Shown here: positions 46,906 through 58,759 of the stretch, piece after piece
How positions within the stretch are numbered: position 1 is the first letter of the stretch
Layout: each line of letters starts with the position of its first letter
Origin: Podarcis muralis
Taxonomy: Eukaryota
Assembly (NCBI RefSeq): GCF_964188315.1
Contig: NC_135656.1
Coordinates: 36,642,001 to 36,706,000, forward strand
Direction of reading: 5' to 3'
DNA: 64,000 nucleotides
Translations under genes and position numbers: made by a program
Notes under the pieces: generated by a model
Told to the model about the DNA's origin: nothing
The model's database searches: none
Seen by the model: the letters and a program-made list of their open reading frames with translations, nothing else

Positions 46906-49900
46906 TTGTTCTCCATACAGCAACTGAGTCTTCATACCTGTTTCCCAACCAAGAAGGAAATATTAGATTTATTCAAGGGAATGTTCCTTGTTACAGAGTA
47001 TCAATGGTATGCTAGCTGTTAGGCCATAATAATAAATTTTCATTCATTCAGAGTATCAATGGGACACCCCCTTTAATGACGCCTTGGTATTACTGAGTTC
47101 CTCACACCTGAACTCTCCAAGTGGTGCAGTTATGAACATCACATTAGCACAGACATCTGTCTGAAGCTGCTATTTGCATTTCAAGGGAAGCTTCCATTGC
47201 TGCCAATGGAATTGCGGCAGGGAGAGAAAAAGTTAACCATTCCCTTCCTAAGGCTGCTCTAGTTATCCCTTGGCTGCTATTTACATAACCAAAAACAACA
47301 ATAGCATTCATGCAATTAATGCCAGGTCCAGTTCGGGCCTCGGTGAAGAGACTTGGGCTTCTCACAGAGACTGCTGTTCCAGAATAGCATGTGATATTGT
47401 ATCTGGGCCTATTTTAAAAGGAAGGTACACATCTGTATCTTTGAGTTATTTCTTCCTCTCAGTGCTGCTAATAGCCTCACAAAGTCCAAAGGGGCCTACT
47501 AAACAAACATTGTGTTATTCCATGGATGTCAAGGAGAATACATACTGTGAAGTGTCTTCTGACATGTCCTACTCTCCCCCACCTACCCATTTCCCATTTT
47601 ACCCACCTTATGCCTATTCAGCTAGTTAAACCTGAACATAATTAAGAAAAACTTGTTACTTCTTCGCTTCTTATGCAGGCTGTCAGGGCTACACATGCTG
47701 GTGGTTTTTGATGGCTCCTGTTGTGAGGATGGCATCTGTTCCCTTCCTGGCACCAGAGTGCAAAGGGAGTCTTTGATGGATGAGAGAAACGTGGTTTCCT
47801 ACCCCCTCTGGAATCTCCCCCTCCTCCACTGTGGCTCTCATTCAAATCTCCCTCCCTGCCTTCCCTAGGGCACAACCACTTTCCTCATTATCTTGTCTTT
47901 TCTGCATTCTTCCTCCTGCCCTTGTCCCTGTAATCGAAGCACTCATCTTCGCTACACTATTTCTGATGACCCATCTGTTCACCACGGTCCCAAGAGCACC
48001 TCTCGCATTATCTCTTTCTTTTCTTCCTTCTGTTTATACATTCAGATTGTGCAGTCAAGGCCACAGCAAAGTGCCAATTCCTCCAAAATAATTGTTTAAT
48101 TAAAATCCGACACTTCCTACCTCCTGTTGGTCACTGCGGTGTTTTGAGACCTTTCCAGAACACCATCTATCATAAGAGCGGCGATCTCCCTCTGCGGGAG
48201 AAAGAGGATACAAACACGCTCCGTTTGAGGCCAGATTCCATTTTACATTGTACCCAGGTAGACCTACTGAACTTAGCACAAAATGCCAAAATGTAATTTA
48301 GTAGAACATTAGCTCTGATGGTGCCAGGTTCTGGCCTTGGAACTGAGGGGAAGCCAAAACCTAATTGAGAGGTGAAGCATTGTACCAGAGCCAAGTCTGC
48401 TTACTTATTCTTTGAGGGCTGTGCAATTTAGCTGCGGGATGACTCTGCTGGTATTAGACTCTCTCGAGTAAATTAAATAAAAATTATTCTTTGCGGCCAC
48501 TAAGTGTGGCATTGTGCCATTGTGTGTTTCATGTGATGATTGCATTTGTCTTATGATGCCTTGGTTGTTTTAAGCCTTAGTTGCCTTTATGCAATCCTAA
48601 GAAGTACTTTTTCTCTCCTTCATCTGATGGGTAGGAAATAGTTTACTCATGATCAGATGCCATGGTGATAATGATCGAAGGAACCACTCCTCCAGAGAGT
48701 GAAACAAGCTCACTCCAAGGAAAGCGTGATGATGAAGTGGTACTTAGTCAGCTTCAGGCCAAGAGCATGACACATGCCGACACTCGACTTGCTCAAGACC
48801 AGTTATTTTGATGGATTTTGATCAAAAGGTTTTTTATATGTGTTCTTAAGTTCAGAGAATTAGGCCACCACAATCTGTCTTAATACAATGACTTGTTCTG
48901 CTCCTTCTTGGGGAGCCAGACAAGCTAAATTCTCACCCCAAACCTGATGTTCGGCGAGTAATGGCTTCACAATTTTTAGGCCTTTCTGCCTTCATTTAGA
49001 GCTTTTGTTCCTATGTAGGTTGAGGCAGCAATCCTACGCATGCTTACCTGGGAGTAAGGCTTATTTATTTAATCACTCCCTTTATATCCCACCTTGACTA
49101 CCTGGAGCCCAGGGTGGGGTAGTATGTGACTCTTTCCTTTCTCCATATCGCTTTCAATGAGGTAGGTTAAACCAGGCGCACTGCATCCCATTTTTGTCGC
49201 TTGAGGTAAAACAGGAAGTGCCGCCCTGCCCCCAGCTGTGCCACCTGCTGCACCGCCTCCACCACCAGTGGAGAAGTGGAGCCAGCACTGGCATCCATTT
49301 CCATCAAGATCTCACCCAAACCTCATGAGATCCCATATACTCCATGAGGTCTTTCAAGATTTCAGTGAGATCTCACCAGAAATCATTGCCGATGCCAGCA
49401 GCAGAGGAAATGAGCGAGTGGGGGGCCCGTGGGAGTGCCCCCACCTCGGGGGCTTCACCCTGCCTCATGGGTGCTCCAGGCCTGGGTTAAGCTGAGACTT
49501 GGTCTTTACAGCTGAGTAGAGAGATGAACTCTGATCTCCCAGATCCTAGTCCAACACTCTAACCACCACACCACACAGGCTCTCACTATATACTACACTC
49601 TGGCTCTGAGTAGATGTACGTAGGACTGCACTGTAAGGATTGTTCCATAGCTGTTTTCTAGTACTTGTTTTTTTATTAATCTTCCCAATTTTGCATTTGA
49701 TGGATGCTTAAAAACAGAAAACAAATCTGTTAATCTGTGCATATGTGCACTAGATTCTTGACATACGCACACAGCCTTTGTAGAGAGTAAATATTGCTGA
49801 ATGTGCTTGAGTTGCAACTGTTCTGTAATAAGCCCAATGAGATCCATTCTGAAACAGCTAGAAATGAGGAGTTAACAAATAAAACTGCAAACACACCCTG

Positions 49901-50289
49901 CTTAAAAAGCCAGTGCAAGTCAGTCTCTCGTGCAGTAAATAAATTTAGTGACTTGCTAGTTGCGATGGTGCTATTGTGAGCATTTCGAAATGGTGTTTGT
50001 GGCCATTCTGTAGACCTTCTCTTTGCCTTCTCCTCCATCTCCGTTGCCTGGGTCAGAGCCACAGTTACTTTATTGATGCACCATCTTCTCTCATATCTTC
50101 AAAGCAGTTTGCACCATGTGGTGTCCATTGAGAAGGCACCTACCATCCATGCATAGTAGTCTATTACTATTGTAGTCTATTACTGTTGAGTCCATCCATC
50201 ATGGCCGTCCATCAGTGGTGCTCTTGCAGCCTTCCTTGTGCCATGTGTTTGAAAAGAACCCAGCACAGCAGAAGGCCATTGCTGACATA

Positions 50290-50610
50290 TGCATGAAACT
50301 GCCCATATGAAACCAGGTGCAGTTCGAGGTTTTGATCCTAGCATTTGAAGTGCTAAACAACTTGGGACCATGTTCCCTAAGGGACCACTTCATCCTGTTT
50401 TCTCCTGCCCATCAACTGTGCTGCTTGGATGGGGCACAGCTGAGAGTATCACAGAGGTGCACTTAACTTGTACCAGAAGCTGGGCTTTTAGTGTTGCAGC
50501 TCCAGCGCTCTGGAATCTGCAGCTGAAATTCAGTAGGTGCCTAGCATCTTGATATTTAGGTGCTGAATGTATTTAGGTACTGAATGTATTTTTTTCTAAG
50601 AAGGCTTTTC
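50290..50610 (+). mobile_element. Degraded L2 LINE 3' fragment (approximate limits)
   Basis: gttcgaggttttgatcctagcatttgaagtgctaaacaacttgggacc...cttttagtgttgcagctccagcgctctggaat resembles KVLVL.FKAL.GLGP...AFSV.AP.LWN. Confidence 0.6.
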
Positions 50611-51397
50611 CTTGTGTGGTCCCATCGAATGTTAACTATACAGTTGTAGAAATGGTTGTATTGTTTTTAGAGTCTGTCTTTTTCCATTTAACCTCATTTC
50701 ATCTTCGCTTCTGGTTGTGAAGCAGTTTTTAAATCTGCCAAATAAATAAATAAGCTGGTGAAATGCAACATTGACACCACCAGTACCACAAAAGCAGATT
50801 TCCCTCCCCCCCCCATGCTTTTAGAATTAAAGTAGGACAATTCTGTCTTATAGAAATCTATTTTATGTGTGAACAATGAAGTACAATGCAGAGCTTTCTG
50901 CTAGCAGAGTCGAGTAGGCAATCTGTGCTACGACAAGCTAGACACTTCTATTTAAGGAACTCACAGAAGTGCCCATCACTTTCCTGTCTGAAGGTTCCCG
51001 AATCAAACCAGGGCAAGTTCAATAATTCATAGGCAGTATCAACTCCTGTCATTATGTCGAAACTGATTACCGTTTGCACCTGTAATTAGATATAATGGGT
51101 ACAATCTCCAGCCTTGCTGAACTCTCATCTGAGATATTTATGGCAGAAGGTTGCTTAGCAGTGTCTCCTCCAGCCTTTGGAGTTATTCATACATCAGAAG
51201 AGAAGAAGTAACTCCATTTAGCACATATGTGACTGGAACAATAGACAGAAGATGGGTCATAAACTGAGAGAGAGCCCTTAGCTTGTGACTCATTTACTGC
51301 TCATTGCCTGCTGAGATGCTACTAGGACAGTGACATTATCATAGCATCCTAGAGCTTTAGGATTAGTATGGTTCTGAACATCGACTAGCTAGAGCAC

Positions 51398-51530
51398 AGG
51401 GATCCAGTGTGATGCCTTCCAGAAATTGCTGGACTACAACACCCATAATCCCTACCATTAGCCATGCTAGCTGAGGCTGATGGGAACTGTAGTCTGGAAA
51501 CACCTGGATGGCATCATGTTTTCTGCCCCT
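51398..51530. mobile_element. Old palindromic hAT-type MITE (approximate limits)
   Basis: ggactacaacacccataatccct ... gctgatgggaactgtagtc inverted core. Confidence 0.6.
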
Positions 51531-52562
51531 GATCTAGATGTTGTGTATCCCTTGTGGACAAGTCCCACTGTACTGGTGGAGTTCTGGTCAGTCTTCTGTG
51601 GCTCCATCACCATGTGAGAAGTGTTCTGAACATAAGGATTCTTCCTTTTGGAATAGTTTCATGACAAATGGTGAAGCAGTATAACAGGGGGGAAAATATA
51701 CAGGATATTAACAACAGACAAAAAAAGTATCCAATGTCAACCTCGTTTTGGCTGTTTTGTTAAGTCCCCCCCCCCCCCATTTGTTTCCATTTTTCAAAGG
51801 CAGCTGCAATTTGTGAAGCTTACATTAACAGAGAATACTTTATATGGCTGGGTGATTTGAATCTGAAAAGTTTGTTAGACCTGAACTTCAGTGAGATAAT
51901 TCTTCCATCAGCTTTAGCTACCTGAACAATCTTCACATTATTGTGCTGGACCACAAAGTTTGGGAGGTGTCCAGATGCCAGCTAGATGAATGCTGAAAGA
52001 TACTTTTGAGATATGGCTCTCCTCCGATTGGCAGTCTGCTGCCAAAAAGCAAAGGCATGCGGAACAAAGTAAGAATAGAGGTGTTCCATAATCCATTCCT
52101 AAAATGTACTATCCATTTGAATGATAAAGGCAAAGGAGATCACATAGCGTGTATAAATAGCAGCCAGAACATGAGAAATCACAGCAATTCGGAGCTGCTA
52201 CACCTTATCTCTGCGTGCATCCAAATGTGTCTCTTTTGTCTACAGCCTCGTACACTCTACCAGAATTGATCTCAAAATACCAAGATTGTAGAAACTTGTC
52301 TTTGCTGCAGACAAGAATCTGAGCACAGATTGTCTCAGTTACTTTACTTGATTAATGCTTGGTTTTTGTGCATAGATGCAACCTATTCATACTGAGCTTT
52401 CAGCTGAAATTTGGAATCCTATTAAAGGAGTCACTGAGTGTCCAACCATAATTTAAGGCCCCCAAGTTACTGAATCCCTCCTACCTCCCATCTTACTACT
52501 GCTTCAGCTTCCATAATTATGGTAATGCTGGTAAACACACATAGTTTTGAACTTAGGCATGG

Positions 52563-52656
52563 TGTTGTTGTTCTTTAGTCATCTGGTCGTGTCAGACTCT
52601 TTGTGACCCCATGGACCAGAGCACTCCAGGCACTCCTGTCTTCCACTGCCTCCAGA
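52563..52656 (-). mobile_element. Short Bov-B 3'-end fragment, antisense
   Basis: gttgttctttagtc...gtcgtgtcagactctttgtgaccccatggaccagagcactccaggcactcctgtcttccactgcctcc is the reverse complement of the 23820-23908 region. Confidence 0.85.
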
Positions 52657-52934
52657 AGGAGAAATAATGTGATGGTCACTTGAGTATGATTGCAGGAGGT
52701 TCTGTACAGATGAAAAGTTTGTTTATACCTTTATTAACATGATTTATGCACATTGGGCCCCCACAAGGGAGCTGTGATTGATCTGAGATGAGGCAGCTTT
52801 GATTCCCGGGGCTAACAGTGGAGTCTCATGATGCACAATACTTTTCCTTACTGGGGTTCATTATAGTCAGACCTGATTTGGAAGAGACAGCCCTTCAGTT
52901 AGAATACTTTCCTCTGTTTAAAAAAAGGGACATA

Positions 52935-53165
52935 CAGTGGTACCTCGGGTTAAGAACTTAATTCGTTCTGGAGGTCCGTTCTTAACCTGAAACTGTTCTT
53001 AACCTGAGGTACCACTTTAGCTAATGGGGCCTCCCACTGCTGCCGCACAATTTCTGTTCTCATCCTGAAGCAAAGTTCTTAACCCGAGGTACTATTTCTG
53101 GGTTAGCGGAGTCTGTAACCTGAAGTGTCTGTAACCTGAAGCATCTGTAACCCAAGGTACCACTA
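52935..53165. mobile_element. Tc1/mariner (pogo/Tigger-like) MITE, copy 2
   Basis: Same TIRs and body as 20301-20523; TA TSD. Confidence 0.92.
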
Positions 53166-55913
53166 TACAACCACCCTTTCGGTGAGTAATGGGAAAACAA
53201 CTAAGCTGGTCCCAGTCTCTATGAAATTCAGAACCTTCATTATGGAAGGCAGACAGCAAGCTGGGCACTCCCAAATAGGAATTTGGCTATAGTGGGCTTC
53301 TATGCAGATTTGTACAGGATGTTTTGTGTTCTCAAGTGCCCTAACATTTAGAGTCTCTCCTTCTTCCCTCCACTCCAATGTTCTTTCCATAGCCCTGCTG
53401 GATTTAGTAGCTAATCATATCCCTCATTTAAATGCTAATCTCTCTCAGCAGCAGGGACCCATTTTACATACAGCTTGACTTTTCTGGTGCAATAAAGCTT
53501 AAGCTCAAAATGTAAAATATCCAATGAGATTCCTCAGGGCTTTTTCTTCTTCTTTGGGGATAGTGGGGGGTGGAATAGGAAATAAAAGAATGATGATAGA
53601 TGGAGAGATGAAACATTGCCTGTGAAGCTGGGAAATGGCCATTTACTTTCTTTGTCTTTTTATTATTATCATCGGGGCAAGGGGAATAAGACTTCCGTTC
53701 AATCCCAGGCCAGAAGTAACCTTTTGTGCTGCCTGTCAGGGCCAGCCCAAGTCATTTTGCTGCCTGAGGCAAAGGACAAATGCCACATACAGAAGCTGGT
53801 TGGACTGGTTGTTGAATCTTACTCAATGGCAATGCAATAGGCAGGCAAGTTTACGGGGCACATGCATCTTGGTTCTCCAACAGAGGGGCATGACTAGGGG
53901 ATGCGGGAGGAAAAACCAGAAGGGCCACTGCTGCTGTACCACAACACTCCACCTCAGCACCTACCATCTGAGGCAATTGCTTCATTCTGCCTCATGGCAG
54001 GGCCGGCCACCATGCCTATCTGGGACTTCAGCTAAAAACTGCAGGGAATACTGCTCCAGGGTTGTGCAAGTAAAGGTAGGGGCCTTTGGATGTAGCAGAC
54101 AAGCCACACCTCCAACTTCACCCTCACCCCCAATTTAATCTAAATCATTGGCTCCCCATAACCTTCTATAAACAGCACCTGGCAAGGGTCTGCCACAAGA
54201 AATGAGGGGACTGGGCTCTGTCTGTCCCCATTTAATCTGAGCACTGGGAATTTTGCATATTATTTCCCCTTGTTGATTGTGCTGACTGCCAGGAAGCTTA
54301 ATTCTTCCTCCTGCGGCCAGAACATTTGAAGCAAGGCCTCCTAGGCTCAACAGGCCTGGCTCACAGCCAGAGGCGCTGTCTTCTCAGGGTGACCAAAGGA
54401 GGCCCAGCTCAACATCCTGACATCACCTGTGTGATGTTGCATGATGTCCGGACATTGTGAGAAGCCAGGGGGTGGAGCCAAACACCCTCTGAACATTGAG
54501 GGGACCTGGCCTCCTCAAAAAAATAACAACCCATGGGGGGCCGAAAGTATCTCGGCCCCTAGGGACCGGCGCCTATGCTCACAGGCCAATGTGTTTAGGA
54601 ACACAGCCTAAGTCTATGCTGCATCTGAGAAAAAACGAATGTGAAAAATCAGCACAGATCTTAGCCAGCTTCTAGAGATCAAATCCAGAAAAGCCCAACA
54701 TGGACATGCCTGTGTTCACAGTCTTAGTATCAAATGGGAAAAGAACAGGTGAGAGGGTGAAAGGAAGATGTAAGATCAGATACCTCTCAAGTTCAAAGGA
54801 AATCTATCCTGTTGTCATCAGTCACTGCTAAGCTGCTTAAAAACCAAACTCCCCTAGTGTGATGGGTTTTATAGTTATTTCTTTGCTCTTCAGAAGAGGA
54901 ACGGGCCTATCTGGAGCATACAGGGGTCTTTTGCTGGAAGCAGAGAAGATGCCATGCACTTTTAATCACTGAGCTTTAGTTTGATTCTTAATTGGCATAT
55001 TTTTAACCAACTTTGATCTTTTTCTAAAAAGAGGGAGAGGGGAAAGGGAAAGGGAAGGCGGAAGCTCATTAGGAGCCACTTGTCCTGGGGAGCCCATCTG
55101 TTGTTGGGTCTCTTTCCTTTCAAGATGAGGCTTCATCCACCTGTCTCCTGGTAGCAGATGGAGGCAGGCATCTGCTGGCATTGCCTGTTGTGAGTGTTTC
55201 TGACAGATCCATCAGGATGCTTGCCAGCATTCCTAAGGAGGAGAGGCTCATACACAAGGAAAGCTTTGCCGAGGAGCAAGCCTGAAGCCAAGTCATGTGC
55301 ACACAGGCAGGCCCAGCTGAACAAGCCAGCAGTCTTGCGCACTTCAACGGCTTTGCACCAGAAACCAATTCTGGAGGGGTGAATCCATTCTGGTGGAAGT
55401 GATCTGAAGAATATTTGCATCCTTCTTTGCAACTCTTAATGGCAGGTGATGGCCTGCAGTTCTGGGGTTTCTGGGATTTAAAAATCTGATAACTGTCAGA
55501 TTACTGACCACCTTGCCACTAGATTTCTAGATTTCCTATTGGAGGGGGAAAATGCATGGCTTTTCAGCTATCAAATCACATGTTATCTGAATGGATATTC
55601 CCATGCTCTGGAGGTTAAATCTTTGTTCATTGCACATTTTCCTTCCTTCTGGCATCTTATTCCCACGCATATGGTTTGCCGAGCGCTTTTGTCTTCCCAG
55701 ATCCTTGACAATAATTCAAAAGCCTGCAAAACTTGAGGAAGCCTGCAAATTAAGGACGTGTGATCAAATTTACAAATTTGCCTCTTTCTTCCAATGCAAC
55801 ATGTTAGGCATGCAGATTACAAGATATTGGGTTTTTCACATGACAGAAAGTGGTGATGCGGATAGTCTTCTTGCACTGATCCATTCCTATGCTGTGCTTT
55901 CCCCTTCCTCCAG

Positions 55914-55988
55914 GTTGATCCTTACCTGCCCTATGAATACACCTCTGAAGGGATGCTGGAGCGAATTCATGCCTATATTCAGTACCAG
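55914..55988 (+). CDS. MGAT5B: MGAT5B coding exon J (75 nt, phase 0-0): VDPYLPYEYTSEGMLERIHAYIQYQ
   Basis: Acceptor ccttcctccag|GTT and donor CAG|gtagtt; PYLPYEYT.EGMLERI motif. Confidence 0.96.
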
Positions 55989-56128
55989 GTAGTTGATATG
56001 CATCTTGTTCTGCTGTTCTTTCTGATTAAGTCTAGGAGGCAAGTGGTTTCCTGCCCCCAAGGTGGTAATGAATGGCACAATAACCACTCAGTTTGGTGTA
56101 TGAGTTAATTTTTTACCAGTGTCTAGAG

Positions 56129-56266
56129 CAGTGGTTCTCAACCTGTGGGTCCCCAGATGTTGTTGGACTACAACTCCCATCATCCCTGAGCTCTGGCCTT
56201 GCTAGCTAGGGATGATGGGAGTTGTAGTCCAACAACATCTGGGGACCCACAGGTTGAGAAAGGCTG
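56129..56266. mobile_element. Young palindromic hAT (Charlie-like) MITE, 138 bp, copy 2
   Basis: About 6 differences from the 32692 copy; 8-bp TSD gtctagag / gtctagaa (TCTAGA-type hAT target). Confidence 0.93.
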
Positions 56267-56884
56267 GTCTAGAAAGTTATGTCTTGGAGTGGGGGTTGGG
56301 AAGTCAGCGGAAATTGGGGGGATGTAGCTCTTCTGATATCTTTTTCCAAAAGATTAGCAAAATTGAATTAATTATATGGTTATTTATTTCTGAGTTCCCT
56401 GCCCCCAGAAGTACAAGTTTCATCTATTTCTGGGCTTTTCTCCTCACGGTTCTGACAGTTTCTATTTTCAGCATTTATTATGTGTGATGTTTCCCACACA
56501 CACACACACACCGCCTCGCATTTGCTAACTGGCGAAACGCTACGCTTTGGGATCTTAGGACACATCAGCTTGTAGCTCCATTTCTAAGCCTGTGCACAAG
56601 TATAATTAATTTTCTGAATAAAGCCTGAAAGTGTGACTCAACCCCTTATGCATATAGACAGACATCAGCCTCTAAACATCTCATCTCACCCCAAGATTTA
56701 CACCATAGAAATGCCTTATAGATATACCTGGTTTCCCAAGACATACAGTATATCTATGGTTTTAAAAAATTCATGTAGCTATTAAACTGCCTCATTCCAA
56801 ATGATATACTGTATGTAGAGATATACATTGGTAGGCAGGTACCGGTATATGGAACAATGTAACTGAGAAGCTACAATATAATGC

Positions 56885-57473
56885 TATCAGGGACTGACTG
56901 GGCAATGAGAAGTGGAGAGAGGTGTCATGTGAAGAGGCTCCAGCCGGAGAACCCCATAGGGAAGCCTCAGAAGAGGAAGGCTCAGAGCCAGGGGAGTGGT
57001 GGTGGGGCTATGAAGGTCAGAGGAGGTGGGGGGAGAATAGTTGGATGCTGAACAAGCAACAGGCTTGAGTGAGAGAGAAGGAGAAGAGGCAGAAAACACT
57101 GCAGATGTAGAACAGGCAGCTGAGGAGGAGGTGGGGGCTGAGGCAACAACAGATTCACAGGAGCCTGCCAGTCCTCCCTGCTTGTCTCCAAGGGCTCAAA
57201 GAGTTTTGCATGTGGTGGAGCAATGAGCACAGAAAGTGCAGTGGGGGGTGGGAGGGCTACTGACAGAGCATAAGACTGTGGGGTAAACAGCCAGATAGGG
57301 AAGAGACTTAGGGCGAAGTGGGAGGCCCAGATTGTCAATTCTGGCAACTCATTTACAGAGGCTAGTCTTGCTGTAGGTTTCTTTGTTTGTATTCTGTTTC
57401 CTTGAATAAAGAATCAACTTTACTGCTCGCCTCTGAGTCTCCATGCTGACCTGCAGCTGAACCAGCCCTGACA
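56885..57473 (+). mobile_element. Solo LTR (Gypsy-like), 589 bp, sense orientation
   Basis: Ends t(a)tcagggactg / cagccctgaca (TG...CA with one substitution); AATAAA at 57405-57410; flanks aatgc / aatgt. Confidence 0.7.
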
Positions 57474-58029
57474 AATGTAATGCAACGTTAAACAAATAAG
57501 CAATGAAATAAATAATAAAACCCAAGTAGAACAGCATAACAGCATAATTTGAAGCATTTTTAGAGCCTCCCTTTTGTCAAGGCACATCCTGGCTGACAAA
57601 ATACAGCGCTCGCCCCTCTAACGTGTAGACATCACACCCAAATTCTGCCTTACATCCACGCAAATCATACAGTACCTCCTGCTCATTCAGTATCACTCAT
57701 TGCAATTTATTCCCACACCTCACATACGCATCCACCAGTACACACAAACACATCACCCACCCAATCACTCCAATATCTCCCACTCATTCACCTTCCATTA
57801 TCACCAGTCACTGCTCCCACTCAAGAAAAACATACTGCAAAAACACCAAGGAGACAATGAAAGCTTTCACTGACAGAACGGTATATATAACCGTACAAGT
57901 TGCCACCCATACCTAAATCACACAAATGAGCTGTTCTCAACAGCGCTCAACCAGGTTGCTGTCTTCCACCCAAGACTCTCATGCACCAATGATGCTCTCT
58001 CACACATGATATGCCTTCATTTAACCAAG

Positions 58030-58365
58030 GAGTGCCCTGTTGCCACAGTGGCCAACCAGAGACTTATGAGAAGCCCGCAAGCAGAAACTGAGTGCAGCAG
58101 CGCTCTCCCCATTTGTCATTCCCAGCAACTGGCATTCAGAGGCATGCTGCATCATCTCCTCACCTGGAATGGCTCCATCCCCTTGATCATTAGGGTTGTC
58201 CTTTTCCGAACCTTTTTCAACTCTACAATATGCTTTTTGAGACGAGGCAACCAGAAGTGTACACGATATGCCAGGTATGGTTGCACTAAAGATTAGCATG
58301 ACGACGTTATGATATTGGCAATTTGATTTTCAGTTCCTTTCCTAATGATCTCTAGCATGGGATTC
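58030..58365 (-). mobile_element. CR1 LINE fragment, antisense, internally deleted (approximate limits)
   Basis: ccttgatcattagggttgtccttttccgaacctttttcaactctacaatatgctttttgagacgaggcaaccagaagtgtacac, plus cagtggccaaccag...cagcaactggcattcagaggcat. Confidence 0.8.
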
Positions 58366-58490
58366 TATGGACTCCAGCGGGGTTGAAGTTACCTAGGAGT
58401 CAGGCCCCTATTGAATTTGATTGGACTAGCTCCTGTTCATGCCTTTGGAAAAATTCTGTATAAAAATCTGTCTCTTTTCTTCTTGGATAG

Positions 58491-58759
58491 GATTTCTGTG
58501 CCACTGCTGCTATGCCAGAGAAGTCCAGCAGCCACACTATGCAAAGCTCTGCAAGCCCCTTCAGCCTGCAGCCCAATTCCACATACCTGGCCTGGTCTCA
58601 CAATTCCAGCAGCAGCCCCCCTGCCTGGCCTCCAGTCAACTCCATGCAGGTGTGGATATCAGACGCTGGGCAGGCCTGCACCAGTACTTGTCAGCAGCAT
58701 GGTTTGGTCTGTGAGCCCGAGTTCTTCAAGTTCATCAACAAGAAAGGAGTGTTTCAGCA
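58491..58759 (+). CDS. MGAT5B: MGAT5B coding exon K (269 nt, phase 0-2): DFCATAAMPEK...WPPVNSMQVWISDAGQACTSTCQQHGLVCEPEFFKFINKKGVFQ(Q)
   Basis: Acceptor tcttggatag|GAT and donor CA|gtaagt; DFC...WPP...CxxxC...CEPxFF pattern, with two N-glycan sequons (NST, NSS) in the Ser-rich insert. Confidence 0.95.

Noticed and set aside
53635-54138. 167-aa plus-strand ORF with a hydrophobic N-terminus
   Set aside because: It runs across GC-rich hAT-MITE-like fragments, has no recognisable family motif and has no exon structure linking it to a gene.
57041-57226. Acidic Glu/Ala-rich ORF
   Set aside because: It lies inside the solo LTR and reflects its purine-rich composition.
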